Positions 35,575 through 48,000 of a DNA stretch of 64,000 bases are shown in pieces (positions within the stretch are counted from its first letter, which is position 1; each line of letters opens with the position of its first letter). The DNA is from Vicugna vicugna (lineage: Eukaryota), in NCBI GenBank assembly GCA_013265495.1, contig MU059403.1:1564960-1628959 (forward strand). Direction: 5' to 3'. Made by a program: the position numbers and the translations under genes. The notes under the pieces are model-generated. The model worked only from the letters and a program-made list of their open reading frames with translations. It was not told the DNA's origin and did not search any database.

Positions 35575-36120
35575 GGGCATCCCACTTCGTACCCACCAGG
35601 ATGGTGGTCACAACTAAAAACGAAAAAGACAGGAAACAAATACTGGTGAGAATGTGGATAAACTGGAACTCTGGCCCATTTTGGGAGGAGTATAGGATGG
35701 CTCAGACACTGTGAAAAGCAGTTTGGTGTGTTCTTTAAAAATTGGACGTAGAATTATTATGTGGCCCAGAGAGTCCACGCCAGGTGTGTATCTGTAAGAC
35801 TGGAAAGCAGAGGTTCAAGCAAGAGCTCGTATGCGACGCCCACCGCAGTCTTGCTCACAACCACGAACAGCCCAGACGGCCGTCAGCGGCAGGACAGATA
35901 AACAGACTCTGCCACGTCCAGAAGGGGCGGGATTCAGCCCTAAGAAGGAAGGAAGCACACGGGTGACGAGAATGTTCCAGAACTGGACAGAAGAGGTCAC
36001 GCAACACGGGAGGCCCCAAGCACCCTGAATTATACACTTTCAGATAGTTACAGTGAGGAATTTTATACTTTGTGCAGTTGTACCACAATAAGGACAAATT
36101 ATTGTGCTTGTGTTTTGAGG
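35575..36120 (+). mobile_element. Old L1M ORF2 3' end / 3'UTR fossil
   Basis: ccacttcgtacccaccaggatgg...ctggtgagaatgtggataaactggaact...ctgtgaaaagcagtttgg...gaattattatgtggcccag is collinear with the recalled L1MB/MC ORF2 end; 3'UTR-like tgaattatacacttt...gttgtaccacaataa follows. Confidence 0.75.
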
Positions 36121-36187
36121 ATTTAATTTTCAGACGATTAAAAATAAACTGTCCAGAGTAATGTCTCAACAAGGCCACTGAACAGTC

Positions 36188-36489
36188 AAGGACCTGCTCA
36201 ATTAAAAAAAAATTACTGAAGTATAGTTGATTTACAGCGTTAGTTTCAGGTGCACAGCAAAGTGATTCAGTCATACGTACACATACGTGTGTATATGCTT
36301 GTCAGATTCTTTTCCATTATGTGTCATTGCAAGAAATTGGACGCAGTTCCCTGTGCTCTGCAGTAGCACCTTGTTGTTTGTTTTATATGCAGCAGTTTGT
36401 GTCTGCAGACCCCAGACTCCTGGTTATCCCTCCCCACCCTTTCCCCTTTGGTGACCATCGTTTGTTTTCTGTGAAGGACCTGCTCAATT
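36188..36489 (-). mobile_element. 5'-truncated L1 (about 270 bp) with perfect 16-bp TSD
   Basis: AAGGACCTGCTCAATT at 36188-36203 and 36474-36489 flanks ctgaagtatagttgatttacag...cagttccctgtgct...ttcccctttggtgaccat (reverse L1 3' end, same family type as 12203-12392). Confidence 0.9.
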
Positions 36490-38960
36490 TTCAATCTAGC
36501 CACAGGAAGCAGAGGGAGAAAATATAGTAAAGGGAGAAACGTACCACCTGTAAACTCAGCTTTAAGAATGCTGAACATTTCTACTCTATTCTTTGTAAAG
36601 TGTCAGAAAAAATGGAAAATTGGGAATAATACAGCCTTGAGGCTGTGCTTAATATTTTGACGTCTATCAAGCGGGCCCTCTGGTTTCTCCTCGTGTGTGT
36701 ACGTTAACCCCTGTGGTTTGCAGTGATGTCGGGGACGCGGAGGGCAGTGTCAGCCTTTCAAGATGAGCAAGTTCAGATCAGCTCGGCGGGGACACAGCAC
36801 GTGCTTAGCAGCCGTGCGCTGGACGCGGAAGAGCCTTCCAAAAGGGAGCTGTCAGGCTGCGTGTTCCAACCACAGCAGCATTTAAAAGTGGAACGAACAC
36901 GAGGGAGGTGTTACTAATTTGGGGTGAACCTCTCTAGCGTTTTCCCATAGTTCAATACGGTTGATTTGGGGGGTGGTGTCCAGCCTTTTCTCAGGAGCAG
37001 AGGCCCTGCCCCTGACTTAGGGTAGCCGGAATCTGGAGTAACACGGAGGTGGCACGCGGCCCCCAGCCCCTGGGTTCAACAGGTGGGTGTAGACGTGTTC
37101 TCAGGGGGTGGTTGACACGGGCCCCGCCGTTCACGCTGCGACGTCTTCCTGGTTTCCTGTGACCGAGACGTCGCAGTGGGCCAGAGGGAGACTTGGAATT
37201 TATCGTTCCTTCGGTATGAGAGGTTTGAGAACCATCTGATCAGCGGCAAATGTGCAGTCTTGTCAGGAAGGCGTCCCAGCCACGGACGAGGCCCACGACT
37301 TGTTCAGGAAATGTCTGCCTCTTTGGCATGTTCCACGAGAGTGCAAATGCTAGAAATAATTTGTGACTCTGCGTCTACCCTCGGAGAGACCTTGCAAGCT
37401 GGAACTCATGTCACTTTTCCTTTTAGACAGTCAAACCACAGGTTACACTAAAAACATGAGGACAGACGTCCAGCAGAGCGGTGATTTCTCCACTAAAACA
37501 CAGGCTGCATTAAAACCACATGTTGCTGAGTGCTGGCTGGCGAGGCCAAAGTGCAGATCAGGATGGGAGGCGCTGAGCCTGCATGGAAGTGTCCTCCCGG
37601 CGGGGCGGCCCCCACCCTGCTCCCAGAGAGGACCCGGTTAGGGTTTCCAGCAGCAGAGGCCGTTCTCAGACACGGGTGCCACCGGAGCAGGGCCGGGGCC
37701 CGGAGCCCGGGAGCTGGTGCCCAGACGGTGTTCGCCGTGGCCAGGAGGCTTTGCTGCCAGGCAGTCAGAGAGCCAGCAACTCAAAACGCTGGGCAGCGGA
37801 GGCGTTTGAAGAAGTGTCTCTCAGCGTCCAGAGGGCCTTTACGATCTAGACAACTTGTAATTTAAATCTGGAAACACTTAAGACAAATTGGGAAAGCCAT
37901 TCTTTTCAAAGTTTAAAATTCACATGATCCATGTGGTGTGATGGTCCGCGGGACATGCGCTTGGGGTGCTGCCCGAGGGTCACGGGTCCACAGAGCGGGT
38001 TTTACTGGCCTGTGGTCGTGAAAGGCCGGCCCCGGAGGTGCGGGCTTCCTGCTGGTGCACTGCGCTGGGTCCAGACCCTGCAGCCCAGATTGGGAAGCGG
38101 TGTCCCCTGTGGGCGCCGCCCCGCTCCCGGGTCACCCACGTCTCCCTGCCGGATCTGAGTGCCCGTGTTTCTCAGTCCTGCTGCCGGAGCTGGGGCAGAA
38201 GCGCCCGAATGCTGGGGGCTTTCCTCTCCTACCAGTTCATTGCGTCCGAGGGGGTTCATCCTAAGAGCAGCAGGCACAGCGAGCTTGTATCCAGTTATCT
38301 CATTGCAGGATTTTCACGTGAATGTGGGGAGATCTGGGCTCATGGGGTGGGAGGACTCCTGAGAACCCTTTCCCTGACCTCATGCTGGGCTTTCCATCTG
38401 AGGTTGGAAGAAGCCTTGTATCTCCCTGAGACTGTGAGAAACTCAGACGCAGAGGGAAGAGGCCTCAGGGTCCCCTCCCAGGGCTGGACCTCAGATGGGC
38501 GGTCCCCGCCGCCTCAGCAGAGGAGGGGACATCACACGCCCTCAGGGTGCCCGCACTCCCTCCCCGTGGCCAGTGAGTTTGGGCTGATTTCACTGTGGCT
38601 TCCAGACCCAGCCGCGCTTGGTGCTCAGATGGATGTCCTTGGACCCGAGAGAGCCCATCTGTAGCCGGCGGGGCTCCCACCCATGTTTCTTCATCATTGG
38701 CAAAGCAGGGTCACATCGCACCACGGACGAGCCCAGTGGCCTCCCTGAGCCTGGGCGTCCTCGCTCCCTGAATGTGGACAGCACCCCGCCCTTCCTGCCC
38801 GAGCCTGGCCTCTCCAGGACCCAGAGGCCCGAGGGATGCCCGGCTGCCGTCCTCCGGCAAGGCTCCTCCGGCAAGGCCCCTCCGGCCCTGCTCCTCGCTG
38901 CGACTCTGCTGTGCGTCTGCCCGGCCCTGACCGCTGCCTCTACTCTGTCCCTTCCTGCAG

Positions 38961-39067
38961 ACGTGTCCAGGTGTGTGGCTGAGAGGAAGTACACCCAGGA
39001 GCAGGCGCGGAAGGAGTTCCAGCAGGTGTTCATCCCAGAATGCAATGACGACGGGACCTATAGCCAG
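38961..39067 (+). CDS. SMOC2: SMOC2 exon 3 (107 nt), N-terminal half of thyroglobulin type-1 domain 1
   Basis: Acceptor ctgtcccttcctgcAG|AC, donor CAG|GTgcgc. (D)VSRCVAERKYTQEQARKEFQQVFIPECNDDGTYSQ; phase matches exon 2. Confidence 0.97.
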
Positions 39068-39573
39068 GTGCGCGGCCACGAGGCCAGGTGGGGTGGGGCG
39101 CAGGCTGGGTGGCAGAGCCCAGGGTGGGGAACGGGTTCTCGAGGGGTGGGGCGGGCATCTTCCTTCCCGCCTTAGAGCGGTTCCTCCAGAGGCCCACGGT
39201 CAGAACCAGGAGTGATTCCTCGCTTGGCCCGGGTGTTTATGACCACGACTCTGGTCACTGTCACTCCGGCAAAGGGACGGGACAGCTCCTCTGCAGGGCT
39301 GATGGGGGCCATGCCACCCTGGCTCCTGGCAAAAATCTACCTTCGGTTTACTTTTAGTGACAGTGGAGCCCATGCTAAGAGTCAGGTAACGTGAGTGTGA
39401 CATCAAGTGTCTCACTCTCCTGGGGCCGCACTGCAAGTCAGTGGCAGCGTCCGGTCACCCGGTTACTTCTCCACCTGGAGAGTGTCCGTGTTACTACTGG
39501 CCATGCTATTATTTCTTGTTAAAGAAGAGAAGTTCCTGAAACACAGTGCTAGCCAATGTAGCATTTGATAGGA

Positions 39574-39600
39574 AAAGACAAAACAAAACAAAACAAAACA
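39574..39600. repeat. (CAAAA)n microsatellite
   Basis: aaagacaaaacaaaacaaaacaaaaca. Confidence 0.85.
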
Positions 39601-40129
39601 GGATCTGCTGTGAGCCACCCAAAAATGATGTGAATTCTGTGTATTTTTACAACCATCATCTGACCTTTGAAAGACTCAGGAGGGAGAGTGAGGCAGAGAG
39701 ATCAGAGCCAAGGTGGTGTCCACTCTGGCTGCTGGTTGTGGAGGGGAGTCGGGGCGTCACGGAAGGTCCTGCTGGAGCCCAACGCTGGGCCCCTCGCCGA
39801 GGCTCCGCCCGGGCCGATGGGGAGATGCAGGGCAGGTCTCCTGACGGCTGGTGCCTCTAGTAAGAAGAGGGCTTGGGCTCCACCGCGCAGGTGGACAGGA
39901 TCAGACGTGAACAGTCAAGGCGCCGGCACGCACCTGCGGCCGTGTACACGCCTTTGGTCCTTCTCTGAAATCCGAGCCGCGAGCATCTCATGGTCTTCCC
40001 CTGGGGGTTCAGACGCAGGACTCAGGAAGCACTAGCCTGAGCTTTGTCGGAAGTGATGCTGCAGGAGGCGGGGGGCTCGTGGAGGGCGGGCGTCGCTCGT
40101 ACTGACCGCCCCGTCTGTCCCCTCTCCAG

Positions 40130-40229
40130 GTCCAGTGCCACAGCTACACGGGGTACTGCTGGTGCGTCACGCCCAACGGGAGGCCCGTCAGCGGCACCGC
40201 CGTGGCGCACAAGACGCCCAGGTGTCCCG
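40130..40229 (+). CDS. SMOC2: SMOC2 exon 4 (100 nt), C-terminal half of thyroglobulin type-1 domain 1
   Basis: Acceptor ctgtcccctctccAG|GTC with CTGAC branch-like site at 40102, donor CCG|GTaggt. VQCHSYTGYCWCVTPNGRPVSGTAVAHKTPRCP contains the QC and CWCV motifs of thyroglobulin type-1 repeats. Confidence 0.97.
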
Positions 40230-41989
40230 GTAGGTCTGACACCAGCCCTGCCGTGCAGGGCTTGCCGGGTGGCCCTGCTACTGGCGCCGCTGGCCGGGGC
40301 TCTCGTCGTCTTGCCAAGGTTTGCTCAGAACTGGAGAATCATGAAGCGTAATGGGAATGGGTTCGCATCGCAGAGCCCCACATATTATGAAACCTTGTCT
40401 CTTCGAGAGCTTGCTAGTGGAAGGTCTGGGTCTGGACCGCGCTGGGTTAAGGCCATCCGGGCTCTTATGTTTGGGAATCACCGCAAGGACTGGCGTCAAC
40501 AGTGGAAATGACCAGCTGTCTTCCTGGGCCCCAGGGGGGAGCGTTTCTGGGCTCGTGTGTGTGTTTGCAAAGAAAAAGCGGCTCCTTCTTCTGGACGCCC
40601 TTCCAGGCGGTTTATTCGCGCGGCTTCGTTGCTCGTGTGAGGCCTTGCTGCGCTAAAGGCGATCGTGTCGTTGAGATTCCAGTACAGTGATCTGTTTCCA
40701 TTCGCATTTTACCGAGAACGATATAAATGACTCAGATCCTCTTTATTTGAAAACAGTCTGCAGCTCGAGTTTTGACTTCCGATCGCGGGAGGCCTGTCAG
40801 ACTGCCTGGAGGAGGTGTGGGGGCTCAGTGAGCAGGCTTGGCTCCCCGAGCAGGGACAGGCTGTCACAGGAAATGCAAAACACCCTCCTGAATTTTCATG
40901 TAAAGCATCGAAACACTTGATTTAGACTTTACTTTTAGGCCTCTTTTCTGTTTCAAGTGCAGGCCTCTTACAACTAGAAATTCTGTCCGTGACGCAGACC
41001 TTCACACCAGGATCAAGGGACGGGTCAGAACTCACAGCCGCTCCAGAAGGATGTCGTCTGTGACCGTCAGTAACACAAAACTGCGCATCACGTGAAAGCC
41101 ACGGGGTGTGCACGTGTGGAATTAGAACACACTTATTTAAAAAAACACGTCTTGTCATCCAAGACTTAAAAATTGCGGATCGTGTATTTTTAGTGAGTTA
41201 ACACTTGCACCTAATAATTCTTTTACAAACTCATAAAGTAAATGAAAGACAGAAAAATCAGCACCTGACGTGGCCGCTGGGTGCGTCCCTCACCCTGAGA
41301 GACGCGCGCACGCACTCACGTGTTTCACCCCCGTAGCAGCCCGTTGAGTCGAGCTGAGCCTGTTTTACAAAGGGGACGGCAGAGGAGACACCTGTTTCTG
41401 TGATGTTAGAGGCACTTTTGAAAAATTAAGAGGTGTCTGGAAGAACTGTCTTAGAAAACCGTGTGCCGAATTGGCTGGGTTTCTTACGGTTTCCCAGTAG
41501 TACCTGGTGTTTAGAATCCATCCACCGTGCTGTTCACTCACGGTGCTCTTTCCAGCCAGCTAGCAGCAACGTCTTCCTGCATGGAAACTCTCTGCTTTTT
41601 CACTGCCCTGTGGACTTTTTTGGTTCAAGCGGCGGGTTTTGGAAGGAAGTGTTCTTCCTTTTTGCTTAGACTCCGGCATTTATCGCAGGGAACACGCCGC
41701 GGAGGCGGGAAGGGGGGCCTCAGGCGCGTGCGGGTGGGCGGGGCCGGCTCTCTTCTGAGACCTGGCCCCTTAGGAGTGCCGCCCCTGTCACTTCCGTGGC
41801 ACGGTTTTGTGGCTTGGCCAGAGTTACGGAACAATTCTCTTCATCCCCAGTGACATTCAAGCTCTCGTTCTGTAGAAGCGTGGGCGCGGGAGAGCAGGTG
41901 CCTGGGCTCGGGACGCTGGTGGCAACCTGTGTCCGCGGGGAAGAGTTGAGAGAATTTTGAAACGTAAGGGAGAGCTTTGGTAGGATGGA

Positions 41990-42018
41990 GCGTGTGCGCG
42001 CGTGCGCACACACACACA
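41990..42018. repeat. Alternating (GC/GT/CA) tract with internal inverted repeat
   Basis: gcgtgtgcgcgcgtgcgcacacacacaca; stem GTGTGCGC (41992-41999) pairs with GCGCACAC (42004-42011). Confidence 0.9.
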
Positions 42019-42604
42019 GTGTGTAATAGATTTTTGCACAAAGTGATGTAACTTCTTCCCGGACATTGACATACCCTCACAGGTCACTTGGGAAACCATG
42101 GTGATGGTGTTGCTTTGCATGAGGTTGTGGTCAGTAACGTGTGTGTCAGCTGGTCAGTGTCCATCGGCACACAGCCAGGGCGCCCTCCTCCCTTCACTGG
42201 GAGGCCAGCTGGCACCTGCTGTGAGCGGAAGGCTTTGCCCACTCTCTGTACATGATGGGAGTGACTTGCATCCAGTTCATTAAAACTGGGGAAGGGTCAG
42301 CTTCCAGCCGTTACCTCTGGCCCTGGAGTTCACACCAAGGTTACCGTATAAGCACATTCCATGGAAACTTGAAAATTAGGAAAAAACATTGAAGTTTAGC
42401 AGTAAACAGTAGCGGTCACTTAGAACGCGTGTGTGTGTTTACTGTGCGTGGGGAAGGCAGGGGACGTCCACTCACTGCCCAGTTTCAGTGGAACAGAGGG
42501 GGCCCCGGCCTCCACGCCCCATCCCCCACTCCCCCAGAAAGACCTGCGGAGGGGAGGGGCCCTCTATTTCTCATGATGTGTTTTTAAGCCATTAACACAA
42601 AGCA

Positions 42605-43010
42605 CCCAAATTCCTACTAATCAATAAGAAAAACGGAGCAGTGAGGCAATCTAGCAGAAACACACTCAAAGTCGAGGACGGGCAGCGCTTCATCAATGAG
42701 GGATCCCGAGGGCCAGTGGCCACGGGGGAGGGCGCGAGGCTCACTAGCGACAGGGAGACACAAGCCTGCGTCACACTGAGACGCCCACACCCACGCAGGG
42801 GGGCAGGGAGCCCCACGGGGCCAGTGTGGCATGGGGGGTGCGCCTCTTGCACAGCCAGGTCGCCCCGGGGGCGGGCGCCCCACCAGCAGCCGGGGACGCT
42901 GTCTGCAGGAGGACATGCGTGCAGTGTGCAGAGCACACTGGACGTGGTGACCGGGTCCTGGGAAGCAGTGTGTGTCCGCTGGTGCCCGACCACACAGGTC
43001 GCGTGGCTAG
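42605..43010 (+). mobile_element. Ancient L1M ORF2 fragment, heavily GC-eroded
   Basis: Anchors ttcctactaatcaataagaaaaa, ctcactagcgacagggaga, cacactgagacgcccacaccca, gccagtgtggc and ggacatg occur in the order of the recalled L1M ORF2 consensus. Confidence 0.6.
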
Positions 43011-44488
43011 CTTGGCTGGGGGGAGGACACTGAGCAGCGGGGCACGGAGGGGGTGCTGTAGGCAGGGGCGGGCTCCGGCCACCTTGTCCAGAGTGAGAGG
43101 ATGGAGCCTGGAGCACGCCAGGCTCTCTGAAATTCAGCAGAGACAGCCTGCTCTTAGAGGAGCGGCCTCCGGCGGCCAGACACGAGGACAGCGGCCAGGC
43201 TTAGAAGACAGACGGTTTTGCGATTTGAAAGAGGGGCAAGTGTGGGGCTCCCCCTACCACCCTGGAGGCGGCGTTCCTGGGTCTCTGATGAGAACTCGCC
43301 CTTCTGTGCGTGTGTTCATGTGCTTTTATGCAGAGGCCATTGGTGCACAGATTCAAGAAGTTTCAAACACACATCCCCTTGGAGGGGCAACACGCTGACT
43401 TAGGGGCCCCCTAAGGCCGTACGGGATCGACATCCGTCCCCAGGGTTTTGACAGAGGGGAAGGTTCTGGGTGCCAGGGGACCGCGGGAGGGCAGGCGGGT
43501 TAGGACGGCCTGTGCCAGCGAGGGAGGGTTGGCAGGAACGGGAGGTAAAGGAGGAGTCGGGCAAGGGCGGCGCCCGCGTCTTCCGGGGCTGCTCCGGAGG
43601 AGCGGGGGTCTCCCGCCACGGGCCGTCCGGTGGCAGTAGCTGGGCGGACGCTCGTGGAGCTGCACGTCGGGGCCACGCAGCCCAGGCGGGACGGGGCTTT
43701 GCCTTCTGTTCACAGGTGAGGGCTCCGCCCACCGCCGCTGTGCCTGTAAGCGCCGAGCTGGGGTTTCACATCTAGCCCTTGGTCCCCAGGGCCGGACTCC
43801 GTGCGGGCACTCATGGCCTCGGATGCCTGTTTACGAGGCGTGCCGTGTGAGAGCGCGTGTAACTCACGTCTCCGAGCCCCTCAGCCCCTGGCCATTTTGT
43901 CCAGGCCCAACGGGGTGGGGCCCCCGCAGTGACAAAGTGGTGAGCTGGGACCCACCGTCTCCTTCAACACGCTTTCGTCCGGTCAGCTCGCGTCTTTGCC
44001 TCCTCAGCCGGGAGCTGGCAGCTCATCAGCGCAGGTTTTCACATCAGCAGGTGAGCGGCCTCGTCCTTCCTTCCGACCTCAGGCTCCGGCTCTCGGTGGA
44101 GCTCCGGGTGCAGGCAGCCGTGGGCCTCGTGGGGGAGACGTCGGCGCCTTAGTCCCCAGGGACACGGCGTGCCTGGACCATTCACACCTGGTGGGACCCC
44201 TAAGACAGCGACCAGAGCCTTCTCCTTCGTGAATGATGGTGCCCATTCCTGGCGGCCTAGTCGTCAAGGAGGACACCCAGGCTACACCTTCCTCCCGAGA
44301 AGCCCACTCGCCACGTGTGGTTAAGGAGCACCTCCATCAGCACTGCCCACTGAGCGTTTGCCAGGCCAGGCGCCCGCATCCCTGGCAGGCTCTGCAGACA
44401 CACATCGCGGGCCTGGGGCTTCTGTGGCGGAGACCGCAGAGAGGTGTCCTGGAGGAGACGGTCCCTGAAGAAGAGGGCCAAGTTGACC

Positions 44489-45023
44489 TGCTGCCCCAGA
44501 AGGGGAAGGGCGAAGACCCTGGTCCTTGTCTTACCTGAGAGAGAAGAATTCAGATGGGAGACGGAGCGCTGTGTAGTCAAGGACTTGTTAGCAAAGGAAG
44601 GGCACCTCCAGGAGCAGGAGGCGGGCTGATCCAAGGGCGGTGGCCGAGGCCTTTGTCCGCCCCTCCTCTTACGCCCTCGCTGGGGGGTGGTCTCTTGATT
44701 GGTTGACGGCTCTTGCCCCTGGAGCGCTTCGCCGTGCTCGCCCCCTTTGTGCGCATGTCCTCACCCGTGACGCCCACAGAAGGACCCATGGGTGGGGCTG
44801 AGCCGCAATGCTGCTTGTGTTACAATGGGCACTGGGTCGTGCCTGGTAGGTCCTTGTGGTCGCCGCGCAGCGGTAGCTGTCGGGTTCTAACCCGTGTCTT
44901 GCTGGCGCTCATTTAGGGGAAGTAAAGGCCCTTGAGGCTGCAGGCGGGCCCACCACCATCCTCCAGACCCTCCGCCCCCCCCACCTGTCTTCCCGGTGCC
45001 CCCACTTATCTGACTGCTGAACA
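44489..45023 (-). mobile_element. ERV1-class solo LTR (535 bp)
   Basis: TG...CA ends (tgctgcccc...cttatctgactgctgaaca), flanks GACC/GACT as a 4-bp TSD with one mismatch. ccctggtccttgtctt...gaagaattcag and tgattggtt motifs are typical of recalled ERV1 LTRs. Confidence 0.6.
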
Positions 45024-48000
45024 GACTGGCCCCGGAAGGCGCAGACTGTCTCCTTCCTGCCACTCACCCTCACAGCTGCTGTGGCCTTGCTGCCTTTCTC
45101 CATAGCATCTTGGCTCCTCTGTCAGGTGGGGAAGGTGAGCGGGGTCCTGAGAAGCTTTCCTTCTGAGGAAATAGCATGTCGCACTGAGACCAAAAAGCTG
45201 CTCTTTGAGCTCCATCCTAACGCTCTTCCGGCCTCTCCCTGCCCGAGAGCGGGCGCTCCTGCTTGTGCCCTGGAGATTCACCCCCCAGGCCAGTGATCCC
45301 ACCCTGGGTCTGCTCGGGCTGGGAGGACAGGGGATTCGCCTGCATCCGGGATGCTCAGGACAGTCAAGGAGACGCCGGGAGCCGACCTGGCCTCCCCTCC
45401 ATCCTCCATGGTGCCGAGGGCCCGGGGCCCTGCGTCTTCCTCCTGCACAGCTGACTTATGTTTATTCTGCAGGATTTTCTCCTTTTCATTTTCTTTCTAA
45501 AGATCTGAAGACTGACGTTGTTGAGGGGTGGGAGGCGAGCTGAAAAACAAAGGACACTTTTCCCGAGGGTGGGAGGGTTTGTGTAGCTCCCCCGTTCTCG
45601 ATTATTTGGAAATAGCTTCAGGGTTTTAATCTCATCTCCCTCTGTAACTGTGCACCCGGCCAAGAGTTGATTCCTGGCAGGAGTACAAAGCGGTTTACGA
45701 CGCTGTGAGCTGAGCCTGCATGCAGGGGCCCTCACTGCTGCAATACCCACCGACTCTCCGTATGAAGCTTCGCTCGGGGTATGTGTTTGAAGTCGGCTGC
45801 AGGCCGTGGGTTGCAGGGCAGATGAGAAGCACCTACAAGGGGGCTGGGACTCTGCCCACAGCCCGCCCAGCCCTCTCTAGATCAAGGCCCTTGTAGGGAG
45901 AGCGGTGCCGGGGAAGGAGCGGGCGTCTCCTTGCTCAGCGGACGTGGCCACGGCAAATGTTGGAGGCAGCCTTTCTCACAGAGTAGGGTATCATGTGCAC
46001 TTGGATTTTCATGATGGAAGGAGGCTCTGCGCCCCTGGGGACAGGAATGATCCCGTTCGGGGTCGTTGCTGGGAGTTCTTTCTGCTCAGACACAATCTGA
46101 CTGCCTCTCTGACCAGCTTCTAAACTGGGGTTGGGGCAGGCTCGGTCATGAAGACAGAGAATCTTGGCTTGGACTGGGTAACTCTTCAACCTATGGTTTA
46201 ATTCCTGTAACCCTGATCTTTGCATTTTCCTACTGTGCTTAAAGTTGTGGCCTCCACCTGGAATGGTGGACCTCTGACTGTATGAACATCCTTAGGGCTT
46301 CTGAAAGTGTTCACTTTTTAAAGAGAAGATTTTTTTTTTAACTTGTATATTTCCCTGGCACTAAGTTAAGGGCCCTGCATAGCTGAGGAACTTGGAAGAA
46401 ACATCCAGAACAGTTGAATTCCCCAATTCTGAAATCAACAACACAGCTGTGCCTCTGAAGTCTCTCTTCAGAAGAACGATGGGCTTGCACATTCAGAGCC
46501 GATCACTTGATTGGAAAGGATGCAGATCAGAGGGAACTTTTTTCCCTGTCAAAATGGCTTTTTCCCCAGGCTTAAAATTCTCTTCCTGAAACGTGATAGT
46601 TGTTAAGAGACAGTGTTTCAGTGCATGTTGGCAAGGAAATGAAGGAGCAGACAACAGGGACGAGGAGGAGAAGACGCACCGGATACGGAGCCCACTTTTC
46701 CGACGGACAGGAAGCCCGGGAGAGGGGTCAGCTCTGCTGCCAGACTTGAGTGCAGACTCACGAACAAAGTGACTTTCCAGCAAAACAGATCCATGATGTC
46801 ACCTTCGGACATAGACCGCTATGGCGATTTTTGAAGTATCGAGGAAGTTCATTTTACGCCTGTGGTGACACAAAACAGTAATCTGATGCAGCCAGCACAG
46901 GATGTGTAAGGTTTGTTAAAGTTCCAGCTTGTGGAAATTTCAGATGGAATTTAATTGATAATGAAAAAAATTTAAAAACTAAGTGAAATATTCAAGGAAA
47001 AGACCGCAAGCTGTGGTTACTTGCTGAGTCAGTGTGAGGGTGTCGGAGAGCCCCGTCCGGCCGGCGCCGGCCAGGAGGCAGGCTTTCCCGCACCCGCTGC
47101 GGGCGGCCAGGGCCCTGGACTGGGCGGCGGTGCGGGGGGCGTCTGAGCCCAGAGCCGCAGCTGGCTGGCTGCCTTTCCCTTTTCAGTCTGGACTTCTTTC
47201 GAGTTATTAATCTACCTGATGGCAACATTTTATTGTTACTAATTTTCCTTTCAGAAAAAAGAGTCCTTTCTGGTGTCCGTGGCTGATTTTTATTGTAATT
47301 CGCTCTGTGACTGCACTTCACGCACAGTGAATTTACTGGCTCATCTGCCACTTCCGTGACTTTAAAAACAGCACGAACGGCCCTTCCCCATCACACGGCC
47401 CTAACTGGCTTTTCTTGCGTATTTTCTAATATTTAGTGACTTTATACAGTGAACTGAGGTCTTCAGAAGTAGCTGGCCCCGGTCTCTGTGAGCCCGCTCA
47501 AGGACAGTGGGTGACCTCTTGCGGGGACGCTCCGTGTCTCCGCAGTAAAGGCAAGTGTGTGCATGTTCCTTCCTGTTTTCTTGTTGAACACACAGCACAG
47601 CCTATTTGACGGCTCCTTTTTAAAACGCACAGTCACAGCAGTCAGACGCTGGGGAGGCTGATGGAACCGCTGGCTGCACGCAGCCCTTCTGTAGGAGGCG
47701 GCGCGGATGCTTGTCTTCTCTGGCCGAGGGAGTCCGCAGTGCTCAGACGTTAAAATAAAAAATGTATAGCAAAGACACTAAGGTGGACACTAATGGAAGG
47801 TAAATGCAGAAATAATCTCTCACTTTTTTAAAGAAAAAGGTGTGATTGACAGCCTTCCTCTCTTACCGTTTCGAGAAGGGAGCCCTCAGCCGTGGGGCGG
47901 TCAGCGCGCACACCTCAGCAGTTAGTGAATTCAGAACATTCCTTTTATCTGATGCCCGTCCGCCCAGGAATTGCAGCTGCTCGAAGGCAGAATCTCTAAC

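Noticed and set aside
38618-39175. 185-aa ORF as a stand-alone protein
   Set aside because: It is SMOC2 exon 3 with in-frame intron on both sides; similarity is confined to 38961-39067 between canonical splice sites.
44230-44488. Another GC-eroded L1 ORF2 fragment interrupted by the LTR at 44489
   Set aside because: Only one short anchor (ctgaagaagagggccaagttg) resembles L1; too weak without an HMM search.
45451-45560. Strong acceptor-like tract (CTGAC...ttttctccttttcattttctttctaaAG) as a cryptic exon
   Set aside because: No convincing donor within normal exon length.
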